A stretch of DNA of 64,000 bases from an uncultured delta proteobacterium (GTDB taxonomy: Bacteria; Desulfobacterota; Binatia; DP-6). Each line of letters starts with the position of its first letter. Position 1 is the stretch's first letter. Shown here one piece after another: positions 56,024 through 64,000 of this stretch. The notes under the pieces were generated by a model. The model was not told the DNA's origin and did no database searches. It saw only the letters and a program-made list of their open reading frames with translations. The stretch lies in NCBI GenBank assembly GCA_963815115.1, contig CAWFFN010000008.1, positions 96,001 to 160,000 of the forward strand, read 5' to 3'. Position numbers and translations under genes: made by a program.

Positions 56024-56153
56024 TCCCGACGGCAGCGAGAGTGGTCGACGCGAGACGCCGCGACATCTCTCGGGATCGTCGGTGATCATCGCGATCATCG
56101 TACCGCTCCGGCGGAAGCACGCCATCCCAATAGACGCCGGGCGCTCCAGGCGG

Positions 56154-57101
56154 CTAGCGGCGAAGTGATCGGCGAGGCTCGGGCTCTTCGTCGGGTACCG
56201 TGATCGGGACGGCCGGCACCCTCGGCCAGACGTCATCGAACAGCAACCACTGCCACGGCCGCTCTCGCACCAGGCGTTCGTAGAAGCGCACGGTGGCATT
56301 GAAGGCCGCCGTCGTGTCGGCCGCGGTGACGGGATCGAACCGGCCGGCGATACGCAATTCATACCGCCGGATACCCGTCCGGAGCGTGAACACCGGGACG
56401 AGTGGCGCGCGCGCGATGCGGGCCAGGACGAACGGCCCGATCCGGAACGGCGCTGGGCGGCCGCAGAACTCGATCTCCCGCGCGCCCGGCAAGGGGCCCC
56501 ACGGATCGATCTGCAAGCCGACGACCTCGTCGCGGCGAAGGGCCTGGAGCAGGGGGAGGGCGGCAAAGACGGAGCGGCCGGAGTAGATGACGTTGAAACC
56601 GTAACGCGTGCGGAGCCGGTGCATGAACTCGCGCGTGGTCGGGTTCGGCTCCGGCGCAACGACCAGATTCACCGGTCGACCGAGGTCGGAAAGAAAACGT
56701 GCGCCGATCTCCGACCCGCCGAAGTGAGCGGTGGGCACCACGAGCCCGCGGTGCTCCGCCAGGGCCGACTGGAAGAGCTCGGGATCAGGCACCGCGAGCG
56801 AAAGCGGCGGTGGGTGCGGGCCCCACTGCTCGAGGCTCTCGGTCATGGAACGGGCGAACTCGGCGAATACGCGGTATGCGTCCCGGCGCTCGCGGAGCCA
56901 GCCGCGCGGCCCGCGCACCTGCCGTTGATTGCGAAGCACGGCGGCACGGCGCTCCGACGCGATCGCGAAAATGATGCCCGCGATGACCGGCGGCGAGCCG
57001 CGCTTCCACCATTCGGGACCATACACGCAGCCGAGCTCCGCGAAGCGACGCCAGGCACCGCTGTCGAAACGTAGTGCGGCACGGACCTGCGCGAAGCTCA
57101 T
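56154..57101 (-). CDS. LpxL/HtrB-like (lysophospholipid) acyltransferase
   Basis: Hx4E motif (AHFGGSE), ALRRDEVVGLQID, FCGRPAPF.GP and RERPWQW motifs. Confidence 0.85.
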   Translation of the reverse strand: MSFAQVRAALRFDSGAWRRFAELGCVYGPEWWKRGSPPVIAGIIFAIASERRAAVLRNQRQVRGPRGWLRERRDAYRVFAEFARSMTESLEQWGPHPPPLSLAVPDPELFQSALAEHRGLVVPTAHFGGSEIGARFLSDLGRPVNLVVAPEPNPTTREFMHRLRTRYGFNVIYSGRSVFAALPLLQALRRDEVVGLQIDPWGPLPGAREIEFCGRPAPFRIGPFVLARIARAPLVPVFTLRTGIRRYELRIAGRFDPVTAADTTAAFNATVRFYERLVRERPWQWLLFDDVWPRVPAVPITVPDEEPEPRRSLRR

Positions 57102-57319
57102 CGCGGGCGTTTCTCAATCGCCGTGAGGGTCGGGCGATCAACCCGAGAATGGAATCGGTGCACGCCTTCCCCCGCTTCCCGGTGCCGGGTCAGGCTGCCT
57201 CGCCCGTCGCCACATCACCCCGGATGATTGCCGTCCGCACACGGTAGCACTACGCGCATCAAACGTGCTCGTAGGGAATCCCCAATCTCGTGCGCTTGAG
57301 TGCTCCACCCCTCGGCCAC

Positions 57320-57591
57320 ACGAGCGTCACCACCGTACGCGGGTGCGCCTTGCCGGCGTCACGCTGGTCGGCTGGTCCACGCGCGGCTACGACGGCATGC
57401 GCGGGCAGACTCCCGAGGCCGTTGTCGAAAGAGTCGCTCGAACGCTCACCGACGGCGCGATCGTGATGCTGCACGATGCCGCCGAGCGCGACGACTTCGA
57501 GCCCGCGACCGTTCGCGCTCTGCCGCGACTCCTCGCGGTGCTCGACCGTCGCGGGCTCACGAGCATCGGGCCTCGATGCCCTGCTCGGTAG
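57320..57591 (+). pseudogene. C-terminal fragment of a polysaccharide deacetylase (NodB domain)
   Basis: LVGWSTRGYDG and GAIVMLHD..TVRALPRLL motifs; the N-terminal TFDDG and RPPYG motifs are absent. Confidence 0.75.
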
Positions 57592-57737
57592 GCCGACGAC
57601 GCCGAGGGCGTCCCGCCCCATTCCCCGCCAGAGGTCTACGGTCGGGGAGGACTTGGAGGCGTCTGCGAACGTCTGATAGGGTTCTCTCTCGGTCAGCTCA
57701 ACCTCAAGAGGCCGTCGTGCCAGCTACCTGCACCTAA

Positions 57738-59075
57738 ATGCCGCCAGGCATGAGTGTCACGCACGCCCCGGACGTGGCGGTGATCGGTGGCGGGCCGGCC
57801 GGCGCGGTGGCGGCCGCGATGCTGGCCCGCGCCGGGCTTCGCGTGGTCGTCCTCGAGCGCGAGCGATTTCCGCGCTACCACATCGGCGAGTCACTGCTCT
57901 CCGCCACCCTGCCGATCCTCGACGCGATCGGCGCCACGCCCCGCATCGAGGCGCACGGCTTTCTCCGCAAGCCCGGCGGCACCTTCCAGTGGGGGCGACA
58001 GAGCGAACCGTGGAGCTTCTGGTTCCGCGAGGATCCCGGCGGCCGGCCGCACGCCTTCCAGGTCATCCGCTCCGAGTTCGACCAGCTCCTGCTGGAGAAT
58101 GCGCGCGATCGCGGCGCCGAGGTGCACGAGGAGCACGCCGTCGAGGAGATCGACGCCAGCGGCGCCACCCCGGTCCTGCGCGGGGTCACCGCGGACGGCG
58201 CGGCGTTCGCGGTCGCGCCCCGCTTCCTGATCGACGCCAGCGGACAGCGCGCGCTGCTCGGCCGCGCGCTGGGGCTGCGCCGCTTCAACCAGTTCTTCAA
58301 GAACCTGGCCATCTTCGGCTACTTCCGCGGCGCCGAGCGCCTGCCGGGCGAGCTGCGCAACCACATCCTGTCCGCCGCCTTCGCGGACGGCTGGTTCTGG
58401 TACATCCCGCTGCACGACGGCACCATGAGCGTCGGCGCGGTGGTCGACGTACGGCGCTGGGATCGGGTGGCCGCCGAGGATACCGAGGCCACCTACCGCG
58501 GACTGGTCGCGCGCTGCCCGGCGATCGCCGAGCGGCTGCGAAGCGCCACGCTGGTGTCGCCGGTGCGGATGATCCGCGACTACTCGTACGATTCGAGCCA
58601 CTTCTGGGGCCGCGGCTGGCTCCTCGCCGGGGACGCCGCCTGCTTCATCGATCCCGTGTTCTCGACGGGCGTTCACCTCGCCTGCCTGTCGGGATTCCTC
58701 GGCGCCCGCGCGGTGCGCAGCGTGCTCCGCGGCGAGACCACGGAGGCGGAGGCGCTGGCGGTGTACGACCGATCCTACCGGGGCGCCTTCGAGCGTTACC
58801 TGCGCTTCCTCTACTTCTTCTACGATCACAACACCGACCCCGACTCCTACTTCTGGACGGCGCGCCGGACGCTCGCGCACGCACCGGCCGATCTCGACGC
58901 CCGCACCGCCTTCGTGCGGCTCATGTCGGGGGGCGGTGACTGGGACGCGCTCCCGGGCGCGCTCGACCGCGAGCACGCCCGCTGGGACGAGGCCATCCGC
59001 CGCGGCCGCGCCAGCGCGCTCCCGGGAAACGACATCCTCCGGGTGCGCACCACGGAGCGGCTGATCGAGGACTAG
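57738..59075 (+). CDS. Flavin-dependent halogenase (carrier-bound phenolic substrate type)
   Basis: GGGPAG, FPRYHIGESL, RKPGGTFQWG (candidate catalytic Lys), GWFWYIP (WxWxIP) and GDAACFIDPVFSTG motifs. Confidence 0.85.
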   Translation: MPPGMSVTHAPDVAVIGGGPAGAVAAAMLARAGLRVVVLERERFPRYHIGESLLSATLPILDAIGATPRIEAHGFLRKPGGTFQWGRQSEPWSFWFREDPGGRPHAFQVIRSEFDQLLLENARDRGAEVHEEHAVEEIDASGATPVLRGVTADGAAFAVAPRFLIDASGQRALLGRALGLRRFNQFFKNLAIFGYFRGAERLPGELRNHILSAAFADGWFWYIPLHDGTMSVGAVVDVRRWDRVAAEDTEATYRGLVARCPAIAERLRSATLVSPVRMIRDYSYDSSHFWGRGWLLAGDAACFIDPVFSTGVHLACLSGFLGARAVRSVLRGETTEAEALAVYDRSYRGAFERYLRFLYFFYDHNTDPDSYFWTARRTLAHAPADLDARTAFVRLMSGGGDWDALPGALDREHARWDEAIRRGRASALPGNDILRVRTTERLIED

Positions 59076-59086
59076 GAGCGGGGCCG

Positions 59087-60508
59087 ATGCGGGTCCTCCT
59101 CGTCTCCGCCAACCAGGAACGCAGCCCCGACCCCGTCGCGCCGCTCGGCCTGTGCTACGTGGCGACGGCCGTGGCGGATGCAGGCCACGACGTCCTCGTG
59201 GTCGATCTCTGCTTCCGGCCGGACGTCGAGACGGCGATCGCGGAAGGCGCGGACGCGCTGCGTCCCGACGTGATCGGCCTCTCGATGCGCAACGTCGACA
59301 ACTGCGCGTTCCCGGACACGGTGTCCTATCTGCCCCACTACCGGCGCGTCGTCGCCGCCTGTCGCGCCGCTTCCGAGGCGCCCGTCGTGCTGGGGGGCTC
59401 GGCGTTCACGACCATGCCGGCACACTACCTTCGCGTGCTCGACGTGCCCTACGGCGTGGTCGGCGAGGGCGAGGGCACCTTCCCCGCGTTGCTCGAGCGG
59501 CTCGCCGCCGGGCACGTGGCCGACGACCTCGGGGGTCTCGCCCGGCTCGACGGCGAACGCGTCCGGGTGAACGCGCCCGCCTGGCTGTCCGACCTCGACG
59601 GGCTGCGCGCGGACCGGCGCTGGATGGACGTCGGCGAGTACTTCGAGCGCGGCGGCATGGCGAACCTTCAGACCAAGCGCGGCTGCCACTTCAAATGCAC
59701 CTTCTGCGCCTACCCGGTGATCGAGGGCCGCGGAATGCGGACGCGCGATCCGGCGTTGATCGCGGCCGAGGTGCGCGCGTTGCTCGACGACCACGGCATC
59801 GACCAGTTCTTCGTCGTCGACAGCATCTTCAACGCCCCGCGCGGCTACGCCGAGCGCGTCGCGGCGGCGCTCCGACCGCTCGGCCGCCACGTGCGCTGGT
59901 CCTGCTTCGTCGGACCGGGAAACTTCACCGCGGAGCTGGCCGACCTGATGATGGAGGCGGGCTGCCAGTCGGTCGACTTCGGGACCGATGCCGCATCGAC
60001 CGCCACGCTGCGGGGCTATCGCAAGAGCTTCACGGTCGAGGACATCCTCGCCGCGTCCGCCGTGTGCCGGGAGCGCAGCCTCCCCTTCTGTCACAGCCTG
60101 GTCTTCGGCGGCGAGGGCGAGACCTGGGACACGGTGGCGGAGACCATCGCCGTCATGGACACCTGCCGTCCCACGGCGGTGAACGCCATGTGCGGCGTGC
60201 GCGTCTACCCGGAGACGCCGCTGGCGGCGACGCTGCTCGCGCGCGGCGAGGTGCCGTCGGTCGAGGCGCTCTACGAGCCCTGGTTCCACTTCGCACCCGC
60301 GGTCCGCGCGGGGCTCGCCGACGTGGTCGGCGAGGCGGCCCGGGCACGCGGCAACTGGCTGCTGCCCGGAAACAAGATCAACGACGAGGACCAGCTCTTC
60401 GCCACGCTCCGCGGGCGCGGGTTGAAGGGCGATCTCTGGCGCTACGTGACCCGGCTCGGGCTGGGCCGCGCCATCGCCGGTCCCCGGCGCTCGCAGCCGC
60501 CGTCGTAG
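59087..60508 (+). CDS. B12-binding radical SAM protein (lipid-biosynthesis-associated type)
   Basis: MRVLLVSAN..PDPVAPLG, GLSMRNVDN and QTKRGCHFKCTFCAYP motifs. Confidence 0.9.
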   Translation: MRVLLVSANQERSPDPVAPLGLCYVATAVADAGHDVLVVDLCFRPDVETAIAEGADALRPDVIGLSMRNVDNCAFPDTVSYLPHYRRVVAACRAASEAPVVLGGSAFTTMPAHYLRVLDVPYGVVGEGEGTFPALLERLAAGHVADDLGGLARLDGERVRVNAPAWLSDLDGLRADRRWMDVGEYFERGGMANLQTKRGCHFKCTFCAYPVIEGRGMRTRDPALIAAEVRALLDDHGIDQFFVVDSIFNAPRGYAERVAAALRPLGRHVRWSCFVGPGNFTAELADLMMEAGCQSVDFGTDAASTATLRGYRKSFTVEDILAASAVCRERSLPFCHSLVFGGEGETWDTVAETIAVMDTCRPTAVNAMCGVRVYPETPLAATLLARGEVPSVEALYEPWFHFAPAVRAGLADVVGEAARARGNWLLPGNKINDEDQLFATLRGRGLKGDLWRYVTRLGLGRAIAGPRRSQPPS

Positions 60509-60613
60509 ACGGCTTCCGGGAGGGTCGTGGCGTCGCCCGGCACGGCGAGGGTCGCACCGCCCCAGGCGCCTGTGCCGCATGGCGAGGGCGCCGATGTCCG
60601 GTCCGATACGCTC

Positions 60614-60642
60614 TTGAAAATGATTTTCAATTTCGATATGAC
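60614..60642 (+). promoter_or_regulatory. Fur-like box overlapping a sigma70 promoter
   Basis: Perfect 8-1-8 palindrome TTGAAAAT-G-ATTTTCAA (60614-60630); TTGAAA-N17-TATGAC ends 6 nt before the ATG at 60649. Confidence 0.7.
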
Positions 60643-60648
60643 CGCGCC

Positions 60649-61263
60649 ATGAACTGGATCCCGCTCACCGGCCTGGTGCTCTTCGTTGGACTCGCCGTCG
60701 GCTGGCGCTCGTGGTTGCAACGACGCCGGCACGGGTCCTCCGGGATCGTGATGTTCCGCTCGGGAAGCCGAGTGCAGGACCTGCGCGAAGCGGGGGCGGT
60801 CGCCCTCCTGCTCCTGCTGGCGGCGCAGGCGACCGCCGTCGCCGTCGACCCCGGATCGCTCGACCGGTTCCTCGTCGTGCGCCCGACGCCGGTCCTGCAA
60901 TACGTCGGGGCGATCGTTCTCCTCGCCGGCGTCGCGCTCACGATCGCCGCACAGCTCGACCTCGGCGCATCGTGGCGCATCGGCATCGAGCAGGCCGCGC
61001 GCCCCGGCCTCGTCGTCGGCGGCCTCTATCGCTTCTGCCGGAACCCGATCTTCCTGGCGATGCTGGCCGTCCTGGTCGGGTTCGCACTGCTCGTCCCGAC
61101 CTGGCCGTCACTCGGCGCATTCCTCGGTACCTACGTCGGCATCCGCGGCGCGATCGGTGTCGAGGAGGGCTACCTGCGGCAGGCCTACGGCGACGACTAC
61201 CTCGCCTACGCCTCGCGAGTCGGCCGCTTCCTCCCGCACCTGGGTCGACTGGCGATCCGCTGA
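60649..61263 (+). CDS. Isoprenylcysteine carboxyl methyltransferase (ICMT/PEMT) family membrane protein
   Basis: AQLDLGASWRIG, LVVGGLYRFCRNPIF and EEGYL..YG..Y..Y..RVGRFLP motifs. Confidence 0.9.
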   Translation: MNWIPLTGLVLFVGLAVGWRSWLQRRRHGSSGIVMFRSGSRVQDLREAGAVALLLLLAAQATAVAVDPGSLDRFLVVRPTPVLQYVGAIVLLAGVALTIAAQLDLGASWRIGIEQAARPGLVVGGLYRFCRNPIFLAMLAVLVGFALLVPTWPSLGAFLGTYVGIRGAIGVEEGYLRQAYGDDYLAYASRVGRFLPHLGRLAIR

Positions 61264-61384
61264 TGCCGAGGCCGGTCGCGTAGGCCCGCCTGGGCAACCG
61301 CGATGCCGCCGCGGCGGTGAGCCGGCGGCACGAGCCGTCCGGCGCCTTGCGGTCCCCGTGAGCGCGCGGCGGCCCGCGCTCCCG

Positions 61385-61981
61385 TCACGATGCACGCGGT
61401 CTGCGCTTGCACCCCGTGAGCCGGATGAGCTGCAGCCGCAAGGCCCCCTCCGACATCGCTTCGCCCGATGCCTTGTGGCACGTGAACGTGTTCGGTTCCG
61501 CCTCGCCGAGGCCGAACGCGATGGTGGCCCTGAACTCGCAGCGTGCCCCGTCGGGGTACTGCGCCATCCCGATCAGGCGGTCGTCCCTGATCACGCCGCT
61601 GAACCGCGCCCGCTCGCCGGAGCACAGGGGGAAGTCCTCGCTCGCCGGGTCGCAACGCGGGGGCAGCCCCGGCGCGGACGGCGGACCCGCCGAGTAGTCG
61701 GACCACACCTCGAGCCGTCCGGCGAGCCGGCGGAGCGACCGCCTCTCGCGCCCGCGCGCAAAGAGCGTCCAGTACGCGGGCACGTTGGGCGACATCGAGT
61801 TGAAGCCGAGGATCCCGGCATTGGGAACGCACGGCGATCGTGACGGCGGGCACTCCACGAGGCTGCCGTCCCTCGGGCACAGCCCGCCGAACGCACACCG
61901 CCGGCATCCGCCGCAATCCGCGGTTCGGACAGAGACCGTCACCAGCGTGAGGACCGCGAGCACGAGCGCAACGACCGGCAT
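61385..61981 (-). CDS. Cys-rich secreted hypothetical protein
   Basis: GGAGG RBS, signal peptide, 11 Cys. Confidence 0.65.
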   Translation of the reverse strand: MPVVALVLAVLTLVTVSVRTADCGGCRRCAFGGLCPRDGSLVECPPSRSPCVPNAGILGFNSMSPNVPAYWTLFARGRERRSLRRLAGRLEVWSDYSAGPPSAPGLPPRCDPASEDFPLCSGERARFSGVIRDDRLIGMAQYPDGARCEFRATIAFGLGEAEPNTFTCHKASGEAMSEGALRLQLIRLTGCKRRPRAS

Positions 61982-62161
61982 CGCTCACCTCCGATGGCAG
62001 GGACACTACCACCAAGCGCGGGAAGCTGGCACGCCCGATGATGACCCCGGGCAGGACTGAAGGCCGACGCCCGGCCTCGGGCGATGCGTCCGCCCATGTG
62101 CGCGCTGCGCACCCCAGTCAACCGAGCGGGACCACTGCTCGAGGAGCGCGCGGGACCGGGA

Positions 62162-63430
62162 TCAGGCGGTCGACGGAGCCGTCGCCCGCCAGGCGTTGAT
62201 CCGGCCCACATTGTGGCAGTCGAGGGCCTCGATCTCGGTGAAGCCCGCCTGCTGCTCGTCCGGCAACTGGTGGAAGAGGGTGTTGCTCGCCACGATCTCG
62301 CTCGGTCCCGCCACCGCCATCAGCCGCGCGGCGACGTTGATCGCATCGCCGATGACGCCCACCTGGATGCGGCTGAAGGGGCGCAACGAAACGATCTGGA
62401 GATCGCCCACCGCCATGCCGACGTGCACGCCCCGTGCGGCCTGCGCCCGATCGATGTGGCGCTGCCACCGATTGGAGACGGAGCGCCCGATGTCGAGCAG
62501 GTTGCGGGCGGCCTGGAGCGCACGCCCCGGCGCGTCGTGCGCGTCGCGGGGGATACCGAAGAGACCGATCACCTCGTCGCCGACGAACTGATAGAGCATG
62601 CCGCCGTCGTCCTGGACCTGTGACCGCGCCTTCGCATAGAAGGCGGTCAGGTTGTCGCGGATGACCTCGTCATCGCTCGTGTCGCGCACGTAGCTGGAGA
62701 ACGCGCACAGGTCGGCCATGACGATGGCGACGTTGCGGTAGACACCCTGGGGCAGCATCTCCTCGGGCGCCAGCCCGAGCCTGCGCAGCTCCTGGAGCCG
62801 CCACACCCCGAAATGCCACAGCAGCTCCGATCGGAGCGGGTCGTTGGTGTAGCCCGCGAGGTCCGCTCCGCCAAACGCCTGGAACCCACGTGCATGCTCG
62901 ATCCGATGGGACACGTCGGCGAGAGTGTCGGGTTCGGGCCCAGGGACGCTGACGCCCAGGTGAGCGGCGATGCGCTCGCGGACCGCCTTGCCCGTCCACG
63001 TCTCGACCGCGAGCCGGTCCGGTACGACCTGCCGCATGGCCGCTTCCAGGCGCTGCCAGTCGCGCGGCGTGGCGTCGTCGACCACCACCACGACCTTGGA
63101 GGCCTCGCCGACGCGCGCCCCGGCGGGCTCGTACTTCCGCCGCAGAGACTGCACGATCACGGCGTCGGGGAGCCCATACTCGATCTCCATGTAGTAGGGC
63201 GCCTGGTCCCGCGGCTCGACCCGGATGTCGGCGAAGCGGGCGGGATCACCGAGGGCGTATTCGTGCTTCACCCGCAGGTCGTCACCGCTCAGGCCGTCGC
63301 GCTGGGCGTGCTCGAAGCGGACGAGATCGCAGCAGAGCCCCTCGAGCAGGAGCCGGAGCTGGCTCCAGTAGGCCGCACCGCCGGGAATCGCGAGCGACGA
63401 GTCGGGCGCGGCGGCGTGGGCTCCGGGCAC
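62162..63430 (-). CDS. Class III nucleotide cyclase with an N-terminal restriction-endonuclease-like domain
   Basis: C-terminal MADLCAFS, YQFVGD, VHVGMAVG and IGDAINVAARL motifs; N-terminal E..FADIRV..MEIEY..KVVVVVD..VETW pattern. Confidence 0.85.
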   Translation of the reverse strand: MPGAHAAAPDSSLAIPGGAAYWSQLRLLLEGLCCDLVRFEHAQRDGLSGDDLRVKHEYALGDPARFADIRVEPRDQAPYYMEIEYGLPDAVIVQSLRRKYEPAGARVGEASKVVVVVDDATPRDWQRLEAAMRQVVPDRLAVETWTGKAVRERIAAHLGVSVPGPEPDTLADVSHRIEHARGFQAFGGADLAGYTNDPLRSELLWHFGVWRLQELRRLGLAPEEMLPQGVYRNVAIVMADLCAFSSYVRDTSDDEVIRDNLTAFYAKARSQVQDDGGMLYQFVGDEVIGLFGIPRDAHDAPGRALQAARNLLDIGRSVSNRWQRHIDRAQAARGVHVGMAVGDLQIVSLRPFSRIQVGVIGDAINVAARLMAVAGPSEIVASNTLFHQLPDEQQAGFTEIEALDCHNVGRINAWRATAPSTA

Positions 63431-63435
63431 GACCT

Positions 63436-63465
63436 TTGATAACGTCCCGGATGCGCTCCTGTCAA
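63436..63465 (-). promoter_or_regulatory. Candidate promoter of the cyclase gene (leaderless)
   Basis: TTGACA-N18-TATCAA ending 5 nt before the GTG at 63430. Confidence 0.5.
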
Positions 63466-63922
63466 CGCTTTGTCATAGAGAAAGACAGTCGAGTCCGATA
63501 GCCGTCGCGGGGGCGCGCGGTGGCGGACGTCGTCGCCCAGCGACGGGCACGCATCCTGAACCAGATGGAGCCGGCCGGGCATCGCCCGCTCGACCCGAGC
63601 AGCACCTAGGTCCGTCCAGCTCATCGATGGGGCCTCGAGTTCCTCCAGCGCCAAAAATCCGACTCGTTCTTCGTTCGCGCGGTGGTGGCGGCTGATCGTC
63701 ACCCGATCCGGCCCCGCAAGTAGCGCAGCCGCGCCGGGGCGTCCGTTGACGAGGATGCCGGCCCGCACCCGCAACGTTCACGCCGGCGCAATCATCGGGT
63801 CATCAGGTCCTGCTAGGCGGACAAGTCGGAGAGCGGCCACCGATCTCGACGGGTCGATCTCACGCACCCGCTGGCACCGACAGATCGCGAAGGCCGCCGA
63901 ACCGAAGGGGGAGGAGTCGAGC

Positions 63923-64000
63923 ATGACTACACGACGACGCAGAATCGTCGCCGGCGTGACCGCAGTCGTCACGGGCTTGCTGATCACGTCGGTGGCGAAG
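63923..64000 (+). CDS. Partial exported protein running off the end of the window
   Basis: GAGGAG RBS then MTTRRRRIVAGVTAVVTGLLITSVAK, a signal-peptide-like start. Confidence 0.55.
   Translation, partial: MTTRRRRIVAGVTAVVTGLLITSVAK

Noticed and set aside
57100-57320. Cobalamin riboswitch near the B12 radical SAM genes
   Set aside because: An AGGGAA is present, but I could not find the B12-box or the other conserved elements. An Rfam scan would settle it.
63480-63900. Short ORFs between the cyclase gene and the window end
   Set aside because: No RBS, motif or codon support.

Overview
A very GC-rich bacterial chromosomal segment of about 58 genes. Gene content and protein style suggest a Deltaproteobacteria-like soil lineage such as Candidatus Binatia; this is inference, not proof. 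Housekeeping genes include serS, yraN, gatCAB, rnhA, argJ, secA, an isolated nuoM, murI and engB/yihA. Accessory modules include a lipase plus foldase pair, an SrpA-like catalase with cytochrome b561 and an EmrAB pump, a CHASE2 adenylate cyclase/SH3/M48 trio, wzm/wzt, an LpxO-like hydroxylase, a Phd-VapC pair with an IS110 relic, and a large beta-propeller/di-heme cytochrome c. The best candidate for an undescribed system is the region at about 49.3-61.3 kb. It encodes an MIO ammonia-lyase with a hybrid HAL/PAL signature, two B12-radical SAM enzymes, a GT2, an LpxL-like acyltransferase, a glycopeptide-type flavin halogenase and a methyltransferase behind a Fur-like box, which together suggest a halogenated, methylated aryl-lipid pathway. 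Also notable are a restriction-endonuclease-like domain fused to a class III cyclase with non-canonical specificity residues, a SecA with a roughly 270-residue coiled-coil insert, and a symmetric REP-like intergenic element. Frameshifts clustered in secA/argJ look like sequencing errors. I recognised no rRNA, tRNA or CRISPR array. All family calls come from motif recognition by eye; no searches were run.
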